A stretch of 64,000 nt of DNA from Adineta vaga (lineage: Eukaryota > Animalia > Rotifera), in the NCBI GenBank assembly GCA_021613535.1, contig CP075493.1:16430001-16494000 (forward strand), written 5' to 3'. The translations under genes were made by a program, and so were the position numbers. The notes below the pieces were generated by a model. The model saw nothing but the letters and a program-made list of their open reading frames with translations, made no database searches and had not been told where the DNA came from. Shown here in pieces: positions 1 through 12,834 of this stretch (position 1 is the stretch's first letter; each line of letters begins with the position of its first letter).

Positions 1-8
1 TGAATCGT

Positions 9-551
9 TTGATTTTATCAGATTTGAAAGAATATTCAATACATAATTCATTAGGTGAAATATTAAATAAAAAAATTCAATATTTGCATATTGATTTACA
101 TGATAATAATCAATTCATAGAAATAAATAGTATTTATTTCTCAAATGTTCAATATATGAAGATTTGGTTTAACTATGATAACAAACGACAAACAAACGAT
201 CGGGGATGTAACCAGAAATTTTCGAGCAATGGACAAAGCTTGGACAAAGCGCCTTTTTTAAAAGATTCTGCTGGAAAAATACTATCCTCAAAGATTTTCA
301 ATCTGCAATTGCATATTTGCCCCTCTTCTGGCTGCGATACTGCAAACGATGAAATAATCGCGAGAAAAACATTCATAAAATTTCCAAATCTTAAACAATT
401 AATGGTGGGTTCTATGGATAGACTTAATTCGTATGAATGTAAAATAAAATTATTTATTGAATATAAACGCAACGATCATACTGTACAAATCTATAAATTT
501 CAATATTCTGATGGATATTCTTTATTTATCAAAAAATTATTAGAAACTTAA
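9..551 (+). CDS. C-terminal part of an F-box/LRR-like protein (continues from beyond the window)
   Basis: ORF with LRR-like motifs (KIQYLHIDL, KFPNLKQLMV); no true start in the window. Confidence 0.35.
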   Translation: MILSDLKEYSIHNSLGEILNKKIQYLHIDLHDNNQFIEINSIYFSNVQYMKIWFNYDNKRQTNDRGCNQKFSSNGQSLDKAPFLKDSAGKILSSKIFNLQLHICPSSGCDTANDEIIARKTFIKFPNLKQLMVGSMDRLNSYECKIKLFIEYKRNDHTVQIYKFQYSDGYSLFIKKLLET

Positions 552-857
552 TTTTTTATGTTGATTAAACTGATTTTGAAGCGGCAATAAAATGATCATT
601 TAATACTGCAAATTTTCCTGTATAGGCCACCCTAAGCGAATATCTCGTACCCAAAATCTTAACCATCGAAGCTCGCTCACGAAAGATCATAAGTGCTTTT
701 GATGTAAAGTTTCGCGCTGAATCCGAATCTAGACTTAGACTTTTAAGAGGTCGATATTAATTAGAAAAATATTGCAGATCATCTTTCTTATCAGCCTCCC
801 TATGTGAACATTTTTCGGGTCAACACGCGTGTCGAACGCGTCTGAATCGAAGCAACT

Positions 858-922
858 GAGCGGGTGTGGGTGTAGATAAATAATCGGCTGTCACCCTAAC
901 TCCGCTCCACCCATACCCTCAA
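858..922. repeat. Inverted telomere-like mini-element
   Basis: GGGTGTGGGTGT-spacer-CCACCCATACCCTCAA. Confidence 0.7.
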
Positions 923-1216
923 ATATAAAATACATTTTTATGTGTAAAATAGGTGGAAATAAATAATAATATCGTGAGTTTAATTTATATGAATCAATCC
1001 ACTATTGTTGGAAAGAATTTTATCATTGAAGAAAAAAAAAACGATAATCTTTTCATTAAAACTTGAAATAAACAAAAGATAACAATCTTTTTTTTTCTCA
1101 GTCGTCGAACTATTATCTCTTCAAAAAAAAATGTGAATACTGATAATAGTAAATAAAACTCTGACTATATAAACTCATTGTTTTCTGTCATTTGACAATA
1201 TATTATTAAAGAAAAC

Positions 1217-2752
1217 ATGATGTATTCAACGAACACTAAACAGTTTTCTGGAACAACAAATAATTCTCGTGGTACTTCTTCTGCAAAAGTTCTTGATTAT
1301 ATTCCTGTTACTAACAAAGCTTTGGCAACGATTCTTGGAGGTTTAAAACTTTACAATGTAATTGAAAATGATAAAATTTCCGATAAATATCAAACAACAT
1401 CATCTCCATATGATATTGTTATACGAATTAATAATTTATTTGATTTAAGAACACAAGGATGGGAAATCTTATTAGGTGAACATACAAAACATGTCAAACC
1501 AATAAAAAAAACAGTAGAAAATACTGCTTCACCGATCACTGATCAAAAGGAAGGTGTTATTGTTAGTGTTCTTGGTGCATATAATCGAGGGAAATCATTT
1601 CTTCTCAATCAATTATGTAATATTTCTCTTCCAACTGGAAATTTAATTCATACTGAAGGAATATCCATCACTGCTGGAAGACATAATTATACAAATATCG
1701 TTTTTCTTGATACTGCAGGTACTGATACACCAGTGAAAAATGACGAAATCGAATATAAAAGAGCAAAAGAAGCACTTTTAAGAGAAGTCGTTCTTCATCT
1801 ATCATCGTTTATTATCATTGTTGTCAATCGATTACGAACAACTGATCAAATTTATATTCATCAAGTATTAAAATATTGTCGAACTTTATCAGTTAAAAAA
1901 ACAATTTTGATTGTACATAATTTATTAGATGTTGAGAAACTTCAAGATATTGATCGTATTATTAATGACGAGATCAAATTAATTTTTGGAGCAATGGAAC
2001 AACAAACTGAATTATCAGTGAATGGAAATGTTCGACCAATAAAATATTTTGTTTCAAGACAATCTGGTGGAATTGATATTCGCCATTATATTTTAGCTAA
2101 ATTAGGTTCAGAAGCAGATAGAATATGGAATATTCAAACAATTGATGGTATAATGAGTTTTATTCAAAATACAGATAATAGACGTAGTTTAGATCTCATA
2201 AATGATATCATTTCTTTTATAAATAATAAATTATCACAATTATTTGTACAAAATAATAATAGTTCAAATGTTCAACAACGAAATTTACAATTAGTTCAAC
2301 ATAATAAAAAACCATTTATTGTTCTTAGTGATCGAAAAGATCTGGATGATCTTTCAGAAAATCCATCAGAATTAAAATTATCTGAACACTTAGTTTATGA
2401 TGATGCAGGTTATTTTATTCGAAATGAAAGCGAATTTTGGCAACCTCGTTATAATTTATATGAAGATGATACAAATTATTATTTAATTTTAGAACTTCCA
2501 GGTTTTAAAAAAGGAGAATTAAAACCAGTTATATTAGAAAATTCTATTACTATTGAAGGTTCAAGAAATGATATGAATACAACACTAAGTAATTCAATAA
2601 TTCTTCAATCAGACATTCCAACTGGATCATTCAAATTACATATTTCATTCCAACATTCTGTTGTTGAACAATTTACAGCAGAACGTATTGAAGGATTTAT
2701 CAAACTTACAATTGTCAAAAAGAAATCAATTCCATTTATATTTGAAATATAA
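1217..2752 (+). CDS. TRAFAC-class P-loop GTPase fused to a C-terminal Hsp20/alpha-crystallin domain, intronless
   Basis: G1 GAYNRGKS, G2 HTEG, G3 DTAG; C-terminal YNLYEDDTNYYLILELPGFKK...ITIEGSR...GSF is alpha-crystallin-like. Confidence 0.8.
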   Translation: MMYSTNTKQFSGTTNNSRGTSSAKVLDYIPVTNKALATILGGLKLYNVIENDKISDKYQTTSSPYDIVIRINNLFDLRTQGWEILLGEHTKHVKPIKKTVENTASPITDQKEGVIVSVLGAYNRGKSFLLNQLCNISLPTGNLIHTEGISITAGRHNYTNIVFLDTAGTDTPVKNDEIEYKRAKEALLREVVLHLSSFIIIVVNRLRTTDQIYIHQVLKYCRTLSVKKTILIVHNLLDVEKLQDIDRIINDEIKLIFGAMEQQTELSVNGNVRPIKYFVSRQSGGIDIRHYILAKLGSEADRIWNIQTIDGIMSFIQNTDNRRSLDLINDIISFINNKLSQLFVQNNNSSNVQQRNLQLVQHNKKPFIVLSDRKDLDDLSENPSELKLSEHLVYDDAGYFIRNESEFWQPRYNLYEDDTNYYLILELPGFKKGELKPVILENSITIEGSRNDMNTTLSNSIILQSDIPTGSFKLHISFQHSVVEQFTAERIEGFIKLTIVKKKSIPFIFEI

Positions 2753-3219
2753 ATACTTCGGGCACTCCAAAAGTAGTGACGGATATTCTTTCGCTCTGTC
2801 TTCCTATGCTATTTAATCATTATTTAACTGCTACCATAATAGTAAAATTTCGATAAGAACTTTTTTTCTCTCATCACCTAATAGTTTTTATTAAAAATCA
2901 AACTACACTACAAGATACAGCGTGAAATGAGGGTGTGGTGAATGGGAATGTTTGTTTACCTGTCGAAATAAAAATGAGCAACCAAATTACACTGAAAAAA
3001 AATATCATTGCACAACTTCTGCGCAGCTCGAATATTTCTCTCTTTATGTGCATAAGAATGCATGCGCGAGATGTGTGTTGAGTTGTTTAAGTCGTAATAG
3101 TCATTCTTTTCTTGCCACTATACTGTAAATACACCAGAGGATCGAGCTGCGAGAACAGAATTTTGGACTATCTATGATTGTTTCTAATATTTGAAAGTTA
3201 TTGTTTAATCTTTTAGAAG

Positions 3220-4323
3220 ATGGATATTCCAGAAGATTCACTGATTTGTCCAATAACCCTTCAATTATTTCAGGATCCAGTTTTAGCTCAAGATGGCCAT
3301 ACATATGAAAGAGAAGCTATTACAAATGGATTGCAAAAAAAGGTCGAAGTCCGATAAATAATCAACTATTATCATTAAAGCATCTGTATACAAATTATGC
3401 AATAAAAAACATCATTGATCGTCTTGAAAATACATCACAGCATAAAAATAATCAATATGTTCTTAATATTGATGTAGAGAAGAAAACAGGTCGACCGTTA
3501 TTTCAAACATATGGAAAAACTATTTTTAATGCAGAATGGTTACTAACAAATAAGAATCGTTCAGAAATAAATCTTTTAAAAATTGATGGCGCTCGAACAG
3601 AGAAACAAGCATCATTCTATGCCGATCTCACTCATCATCCGCATATTGTTAAAATATATGGACTCGTACATGAACCGAATGATGATCATGAAAATAATGT
3701 AGTTGTGTTAATACAAGAATCTGCTCCCACGGGAAGTTTATATGATCTGTTACAAGAACGAAGAACTGCACCAAGTGAAAATACTCTTAGAGAAATTTTT
3801 TTACAAATTATTGATGCAATGATTTCTTTTGGTGTCTAATGGTATCGTTCATGCTGATTTAGCTTGTCGTAATGTACTTATTTTTCGTTTTGATGAAAAT
3901 AATCCTACAAATATTCTGATAAGAATTACTGATTTCGGTTTATGTCGATATAGTAAACTTTATTCGTTAGTTCCGAGTGCATCAAGGACGGTTTTAAACA
4001 TAATTCCCACACGATCTGCAATGTGGGAAGCTTATTCACGAGATGCTATTCCATGGACAAAAATTTATGATGACAATGAAGTAATTCAACATGTTATTCA
4101 TGGCGAACTATTACCAAAACCATCAAATTGTAGTGAACCATATTGGACGATTATGTGTAAAACATGGTCGAAATTACCTAACGATCGGCCAACATTTTTA
4201 GAATTGAAACATCTTCTGAATAATATAAGTATGTATTCATTTTTATTGAGAAAAACATATTTGAATTTTTTCTCTAAATCTCAATGTGATAATACTTGTT
4301 TCTTTTTATATAGATACAAATAG
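3220..4323 (+). pseudogene. U-box plus tyrosine-kinase-like fusion, disrupted
   Basis: MDIPEDSLICPITLQLFQDPVLAQDGHTYEREAI (U-box); HPHIVKIYG, HADLACRN and DFG kinase motifs; frameshifts near 3325 and 3825; APE/DVWS segment missing near 4015. Confidence 0.75.
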
Positions 4324-5052
4324 TCAAATATGAGTAAATCCTTATGTTTTTCTTGCACCATCTGTTACTGGAACTATGCCCGACGAAACGTATGAAAAGC
4401 AAAACTTTTCTTAAAAATGAATTTATCAGTTTTCTTTTCGTTTATTTCGATAGAATTCAATACCTAGTCCACCATCAACATCATCGATAAAAAAACTCAT
4501 CATTAGCATCCGCGACGATACTAACTAATGAAAATTGTCAAAATCAACCATTCACAAATTCTACAGCAACTAGTATAAAATCTGCAAGTGACATTAATAA
4601 GACTCAAATACAAAATGAGTTCCGACGTCGAATTGCAAACTTATTTAACAATACTCAAAATACCCAAACAAATGAAGTATAAAAATGATTATGTTGAAAC
4701 ATCAAGTTTATATAGATACTAGAATCCCCAAATCTTATCTGTGGTCTGTTTACTGTGACTACAGAATTGGTTTTATAGAATGCTATAGTTCTGATACTTT
4801 CCCGTTCTATCTCTGACAACTATTTTTCATGTTATCATTCACAAATTCTTTGTTCTTGAGACATAATGGATACATGCACTTAAATAGATGGTTTTCTTTC
4901 CAAAGTGAAATGTTCGTACAATAGTAAATGTGAGAACAATATAGTAGTTTAACTTAAACGACGTAGAAAATAAGTTTTTTTTACAAAGTAGTCAACAACT
5001 ATCCATTGAAAATCTATGTAAATTATTATGCTCTTCTCTTATAATATTTCAG

Positions 5053-5440
5053 TCTGGTGATGTACCTCTTTCAAGACTTCCAGATACTGAACAGAAAGCA
5101 CTCTTATCATCAATAGAATCTATCGAACATGTTGCAACTTCACAAACATCTACATTAACAGCTAGTAATCAAAAATCTGAAGCAGCATCTAATCAACGAC
5201 TACGCTACGAGCGAAATGAACTTTTACGTATTCGTGATACATTAGGCACACTTCCCATGCCTCCACTTCCAGATATTGATATTGTTCTTAGACAAACTGA
5301 TAATTCTCGTTTATCACATCCGCCTTATGCAAATACTAATACGCAAAGAAGACGCAATAATCCTGACATGCGTCAATGATTTGCAGGAACTGATCATCCA
5401 TCCCCAAATCGTTATTCAAATAATCAATTGAATAGTTCAA
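5053..5440 (+). pseudogene. Orphan exon containing an eIF4E-binding-like YxxxxLphi motif; internal stop; ends at a telomere-like element
   Basis: After a TTTCAG acceptor it reads SGDVPLSRLPD...RLRYERNELLRIRD...DMRQ*FAGTDHPSPNRYSNNQLNSS. Confidence 0.45.
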
Positions 5441-5486
5441 GTGGGTGATGAAGAAATATCTTCACCCACACCCTCAAGATGCTGAT
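5441..5486. repeat. Inverted telomere-like mini-element at the junction of two truncated genes
   Basis: GTGGGTGATGAAGAAATATCTTCACCCACACCCTCAAGATGCTGAT. Confidence 0.8.
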
Positions 5487-8400
5487 ATAATATTAATAAT
5501 AAATGGAACAATAAAATGAAAACTAGATAGAATTGAATTAATAGTACGAATAGAAGATGGATAATCTACAATACACCAGATTCGCTTTTCTTCATCATTT
5601 TCTTCATCAAATAAACGTCGATAGATTGGATCGGGAATAGTTGTACTACCGATGATCAATATAAGAAAAATGATAGTCCATTTCGCTATTGTTTTCGTTT
5701 GTTTTTGATTAAAATTAAGTCCTTTTATAGTTATAAATGCTCGTTCAATGGCTACACATGCAGTTAACCATTGATCTATTATAAGACAAAATCGAAGAAG
5801 AAAATCAATTGAACGACATTGAATATATAAAAATGTTTGATTAATAATCAATCCCATTTGTGAATAAATAAGAATCGAAATTTTTAATGAAAATATAATC
5901 ATTGTTAATAAAATAATTAATGATGAACATAAAAGATAAATACCACAACCCGTTTGCCAAGTTGTTCTATTCTCAAATGTTATCAATGATAAAGTACCAT
6001 TGATTAGTCCAATTATTATTATAAATATAGATAATATAAAACTTCCGAGAACGGCAAATGGTTGATTTTGAAGATTAATATTTGGTTTAATATGATAACC
6101 AAGAATATTATCTAATGAAAGACTAAATCCATTTGTAGATAAATGACATCGTGTTCCATAGAAACATTTTTGACATTTACATAATTTTTCTTTTGGACAT
6201 TTGAAATCATCTTGATAACATTCACCATCATTTTCACAACCACTTTTACCTTCACAATTCATTTTCATATTATGATCAAATTGTAAACAATTCGCTAAAT
6301 ATTGTTGATCATGATTTTGACATGAACAAAGATTTTTTTCATCATAAAAACATAATAAACGTGAAGGTGATGAATTCTCGAACATTTCGACAACGATCTG
6401 ATGAAGATAAACTTTTTTTAATTATTACACCTTCTTGATATTTATTTTGTATATATAATAAATAATAATTCTTCTCGAATAATTCAATAAAAATCATATG
6501 AAATGCTGATGACAAATAAATAGTAACAAAAGTATATCCGAAAGGAATCGTTTTTATTGTCGTTGTGCGAATAACATCTTCGTCTTCAGTCCATGTAAAT
6601 AAATGAATAAACATCGATGATGATACTATATCTTTATTAAATGATACAAACATTTTTGTATCATTTCTTTCACATATATTTCCAGAAAATCCTTTTTGAC
6701 AAATACAATAGAATTGCTTATCGATTGATCCATATTCATCAATAGCGACACATTCTCCATTATTTAAACATAATTTATTTTGACATACTGTATTAGTAAG
6801 TAAACATCGATGACCCATTTTATTCACGGGACAAATACATAAAGATCGATTATTTAATAATTTTCCAATACATACCGAATCAGATGAACAATCACATTGA
6901 TGTTGAATAGTACAATATCGTCCAGACCAGCCTTCATTACATTGACAAAATGATAGACTATTTGGATGATTAAAATATTTTACACATTTGCCTTTAATAC
7001 ATGAACGATTTGAACAATATTCGATCTTTCGTGGAATACTCATTTGAAACGAAAGACGATAAACAGGTAAAAATGAAAATAAAATTGATTTTAAAACACT
7101 TCCTCGATAAACTAAAGATTTCTTTTCGTAAATATCAATATGAATTGAATATTGTTTTGTTTCATTTTTCGGTCGAGTTGAATATAATAAATAAATATGA
7201 AATTTTTCTTGACAATGTTTTTTTGCTAAATAAGTAAATTGTTCATAAGCGAATGAATAATTAGTTCATTACTATCATCAATTAATGAAATAATTATAAT
7301 CAATGGTAATTCTACAGAATCAGATGTTACACGAAATTATATCGTAAGACTAATTCGTTGATTTTGAAATTGACAAATATTACCATAATAACTAGGTGGA
7401 CAAAGACATGTACTTGTTGTCAAATTCTTTTCTTTATCTGACCAAACTTGCAAATTAATACCTCGATGACAACGTGGTTGATATTCAAGCGGACGTTTAG
7501 TCATAAATCGACGTGGAACTATACGAGTACTTTCGAGTGTTACAGATGAATCTTGGATTTCACTTAGTTTAAATTTCTTTGTGATTAACGATCTTCTAAA
7601 ACGTGGACAAAGTACTTTTGCAATATCCGAACCAAAAAAATGATAAGAGCTTTCACAAATACCATAAAATCTCCGAGATCGAGCAAGGTCCACACTCTTA
7701 CAAGCTCTTTCGTCCTCCTTATTTGTGCAGTCGGGATACTTATCACATAAAGAACGACCTGCGATACAAGATTGACGACTATCGGTTTTGCAGTAAAATC
7801 TTTTCTCATCATCGACATTTTCTATCGATGGACATAATGTTGGTTCATCACCAGCACCAATACAATCGATAATACCATCATTAACCTTTTCCATAGGTAG
7901 ACACATTAATTCATTCGTTTCATATGAAACACATATGTGATTATTTGCCAAACAATTTAATAATAATTTAGATTTGAAATTGATTTCATCTATCCCATTA
8001 AGACAATGCCAAATACCATCATTATAATTGTGAATATTATTGCATGGCCATTGATCACATTCTGTTTCATCTGTATGAGTTTCATTATTGATTATTTGTG
8101 GAAATAAATGAATTGCACCATCACAAATTTCATAAAATTTTATGTCACTTTTTCTAGAAATTGTATCGTAATTTTCATCGTCACAATATTCGGAATGATG
8201 AATTAAACAATGACATGTACCATCCTTGACATAATGTTGAGGAATACATTCGTTGGTTGTTTCACATTTGTAATAATTAGAATTACGTTTTAATGAACAA
8301 TTTTTGTCCCACATATTCATATCTTCATCGTCCCTATAAAAACAATCTTGATACTGATCATCGAAACGATTTTTTGAAATACATTTAGATGAATTAACGC

Positions 8401-9799
8401 ATTGATACATGCTCGATTTGTTACACAATATCGAATCATTATAAATCCAAGATGTCGACGTTGCCAGCCATTGCCCTAAATGAAGCAGATATCTATCGAT
8501 CAAGTGATGTGTATAAATTTCTGTGTCAGTTATTGAATCCTTGTAAAGACGACAGGTATTAGTATTATTGGGTAGTTGTATTGTTTTATTGTCATCGGGT
8601 ACATGAAGACGTTCACTATCGTAACAAATAAACATTGGTTCGGAAATGTCGTCAGATTCGTAGTTTAAGTTATTTTTATCATATACTAAAAAGACGTGGC
8701 CCAAAAAAACCGGAACAACTGGTGCATAAATTATGTCAGGACAACGTTGTTTCACTAATTCAACACATGATTCATCGGAACAAAATTCATCACAAAGTTC
8801 ACTTGTTACGATGGGCATCCCGATAGTGCATTTGAAAACTATCCAACATTCATCAGATATCGTCTTTGGTTTAATTGAAAACATTGCCTGTAGTAGAATA
8901 TCATGACGTTCCGTAACACATGAACTTGAAAGAGGTGACTGAGTACGTTTGTTAAACAAAATACATGAAATATCTTCATATCCAAAACTTGGTTCGACGA
9001 TCATATATTCCGGATCATTGTGAGACAGAAAATATTCATCCGATCGATCGAGACAATCAAATGTAATATCAATTTCTTTATAAAATTCTATGGGTATGCA
9101 TTGTCCATCATAACAACGAAATTCGTTTTCATCACATTCATGTATTTCAAGTTGCCAACAATGTTTTTCATCCTCTCCACCATTAAGACAATCAACTGTG
9201 CCATCACATATCTCACTCCAATCAAGACATGATGGAGGTAAACCACGATCACATTTTAAATGGTTATAACATGTCAATGTTATTGGTGTATATTGATGAT
9301 TATCATAGAAATCATGAACTATTTCATATAATGATGAATGATGAGACTTTTGATCATACAAAACATATTGACATTTTGAACCAAAATTTAGTAATGTACA
9401 ATTATAGAAATATCCTGTTACCATTGATGTTTTCTTGGAATCTGATAATTGATTGAGATAAAATTGATAATCTTCAATAACATCCATCGGTGCAGACCAC
9501 ATATATAATTGTTGACTAGTAATATGAAGTTTCGATAATTCAGCAAAGGCAAATTTTTGACCGAAATTATTTTCTTTTATATTCCATTTTGATGGCCATT
9601 CGCCCATACAATAAGGAATGATATGGCGCGCAACACGTAATGTGTCCAAAGTCGCAGCGACATACAAGCAATCATGTTGTGAATCGTTATTATTACTTAC
9701 CGAATCTGTAAGATGAAGATTAATATAAAGTTGACCATTAATCAAATGAAAGAAGAAGAAGAAGAAGAAATATTTTCTCGATAACATTTTTGCATTCAT
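5474..9799 (-). pseudogene. LDL-receptor class A / EGF-repeat rhodopsin-type GPCR, frameshifted and truncated after about TM5
   Basis: Three consecutive ORFs (9799-7337, 7043-6342, 6385-5474) with signal peptide, LDLa (CDGTVDCLNGGEDE), EGF repeats and ACVAIERA (DRY-like); stops inside the TM region at the telomere-like element. Confidence 0.85.
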
Positions 9800-10477
9800 C
9801 TGCTGTTTTGTACAATCCTTTTAAATGTATGAAAATGGCTAACATAGAAAGTTATCTGCAAAAGAAATATTTAAGAAACAGCATAACACTCTTTTTTGAA
9901 AGAATATTGAGGCAATTATTTCAATTTAATTAATTAAAAAGAAGAAATAATGAACATAGACATACATTCACAAAAACTTATTTTGATAATATCATATCTT
10001 TTTTAAACTTTTCTGATTTATTCACGTTTTTTCTATCGACCATATTTGTCATTTTATCCTTGTTTTATGATTACACTGCCACCTCTCCTTTCATCATTGT
10101 ATCGAACAACTGCAACAGATGATGGTTAACATACGGATATCCGTTTAACTAAATTGTTGATATCAAATATAGTTATTTAATCCAGAATGATTTTACAGTA
10201 TATATATATATAAATACCTGGAAAACTATTTTATATTCTGTCAGAGAAAAGTATTGATAAAGCGAGGACAACTCATAATGAAAATTTTGAAATTTTCTTT
10301 AGAATAAGATGTCTCATCCAACTATTTTGACTAACGCAAGAATTGTAGCGTAAAAATGCTTAGTATGTTGCTGCATTAAAACATATATTTATTTATTTTC
10401 AAGAATAAAAAGAATACATCATGGAAATAAGATGAAAATGTATATTGTTGCTAGAATTGAATACGATGGTTTGTTAT

Positions 10478-11467
10478 TTATGGATAAACTTTTCGCTTAG
10501 AATATTGACATGTTTTCTTGTTCCCAAAACAACAACATGGATAATATTTATACGATTTTAGATACCATCTTGAAGTGTTACAACATTTTATCCCACATTT
10601 TCTCCTCATACAAGAGTATTCAGTCTTTGCGCATGATGAACTAAGGGCCCATAACCAACCACCACATGTCATTGTTATTGCTAGTGAAAAAGCAATGATT
10701 GTTAACACTGATAATACTTGTGGATACAACCATAAAATGAGAAAAATAAACACACCAATCGGAGTTAACGGTATTATGACACAGAAGAAACTGATCCACC
10801 ACCAACGTTTTCGAAAATAGGATACATAATAAACTAACGGTACAATGCAAGAAACAAGACCGAGTAAGCCACCACTGACACCAATGGCATCAAGAACTTG
10901 ATCTGTTGTCATATCGTTATATACCCATCCATAACAAGCAAGTCGTGGTGGATCAACGGGAAAAGATGCATTATCACCTTTTTTACATTGAAATGGACCG
11001 TATTTGTTAATTCCGTTGTACGTTCCAAAACACTCCGCCACGAAGTCAGGACATGGATCACCAGCAAGAATTGATTTATATGCCAATATACATTTCTCAA
11101 ATATGATCTCAAGAAGAACTGTAATGATAGCAGTTGCGAAAATATCACAGAAGAAACGTACGATACATGGTAGTCCTTTTTGTTCTTCCAGATCTCTATT
11201 TTCGTCTGAATCTTCTTCTTCCGAATCTTGTTCGATGTAAAGAAATGTATCAACATTTTATTTTAAAGACCACGGTTTTGATTTATCATCATCACACTTT
11301 TGAGACGGATTCTTTTCACTTTTTTTTGTTTTAATACCGAGAACATTTTCAACAATAAAGGCATGAGCTCGTCTGTTAAGAATTGACAGAATTACAAATA
11401 ACAGTGCAGCTATACCAAATGGAACTCCATAAGCGATAGCTGCGTAATAGAAATAATTTGGTTCCAT
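10478..11467 (-). pseudogene. Multi-pass membrane protein of unknown function, apparently frameshifted
   Basis: Hydrophobic ORFs 11467-11258 and 11086-10478 with coding-like sequence between them in another frame; Cys-rich C-terminus. Confidence 0.5.
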
Positions 11468-12600
11468 TATTAAACAGAAGATATACTACAAAATATCAAT
11501 GTGAAAAAGAAAATTATCGTTATCAAAACTAATGTATTCATCTGTAATAGCTACGGGAAATAAATCTATATGGGAAAATCATGCGCGAATCGCTCTAATT
11601 ATTCAATAAAAAACAACAACAGTGGGGGCTGTTTGCTTGTTTTTTTTACCTGTAAATTTTTACTCTTGGAATAGGGATCAAGGCGAATTGGTCAAGAATT
11701 TTCTATGATTCTTAGCAAGTTTCAATAGTTTTAGAGGTTTTAGGAATTTATGAGAAAGCTGATGGTTGGAATCGACAGAGCTCGTCGAGTTCGACATGGA
11801 ACCAGCTAGGGCAGAGTTGGAACGCATATAATAACGAATAAATCCTGGAAAAAGTCGAATCGGACGCTACGATATCCGACGTAAATGAATTCTGTAAAGA
11901 TTGTCCTTGACAACTCACTGAACAAGTTTTTATTCTTTAATCAATAAAAAATAGTAAATAGCTTTCATGGCTATAGGAGCACATATATGTGAGTTTTTTC
12001 TTTGTCAAATCTTGAAAACAATTTAAACAGATGTCGAAATAGTCAAAATAGTTTGGAGCTCTGGAGAAAAATGTGTGCCACATAAGTAGGACACAGAAAT
12101 ATTTGAATTGATAGTCTGTATATGTGCCAACGTAATGAACTGAAACTCTGTCGTTATTTTTTGCATAGAAAATCGAATTTCAACTCTATAGAGATAAATA
12201 TCCTGGAATAGTAGATCGGGTATATCTATCATGTAATTTTTAAGATACAAACATGTGATCAAACGTCTGTTGATTATTCTCCAATTGACTAATTGTTATT
12301 TACGATTAGTAATGTAAAAAAAAATCAAACAGTTTCTGCTTTACGTACTTTTCTAAATCTGAGCTTGATGGAATTGAGTGAATATTTGAATGAAAATAAG
12401 TCTTCATGGTTTTTTTCCTTTCTGTTACAAACATAAATCTATTTCACAGGGTAATAGAAGTGCAGTAATGAAAGAATGTTCTGAGACTTCAGCAGTGTTT
12501 CTTCCCACGACGTCAGAGTTCTCAATTTTTTTCTTCCAAAAAATCCATTTTCTTTGTGTGGAAAGTTATTAAGTAAACAGAAGTATTGCAATGACACTTC

Positions 12601-12641
12601 GGGTGGGTATGGTTGAAGAGATAATGTCCCCACCCATACCC
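12601..12641. repeat. Inverted telomere-like mini-element
   Basis: GGGTGGGTATGGTTGAAGAG-ATAATGT-CCCCACCCATACCC. Confidence 0.7.
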
Positions 12642-12718
12642 TATTTTATCAGTCAAAATTGGATACAGCGATACATAAACTTAATGCACATAGTTCTCAT
12701 TTGATATCTGGATTATGA

Positions 12719-12772
12719 GGGTGTGGGTAAAGATACACTAAGAACCAACCTTACCCACGCTCACACCCACCC
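12719..12772. repeat. Inverted telomere-like mini-element, copy A of a direct-repeat pair
   Basis: 52/54 identical to 15008-15061. Confidence 0.9.
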
Positions 12773-12834
12773 TGTAGTACAAGATTCCATAGCTTATAAT
12801 TTATTTAATTTCATAAGACAAAAAAAAACAATAA

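Noticed and set aside
7585-9456. Short ORFs overlapping the LDLa-GPCR gene
   Set aside because: Shadow frames of the main coding sequence with no independent motifs.
11760-11830. Repeat shared in inverted orientation with about 62085-62112 (GGAATCGACAGAGCTC)
   Set aside because: Looks like an ordinary dispersed transposon fragment whose boundaries I could not define.
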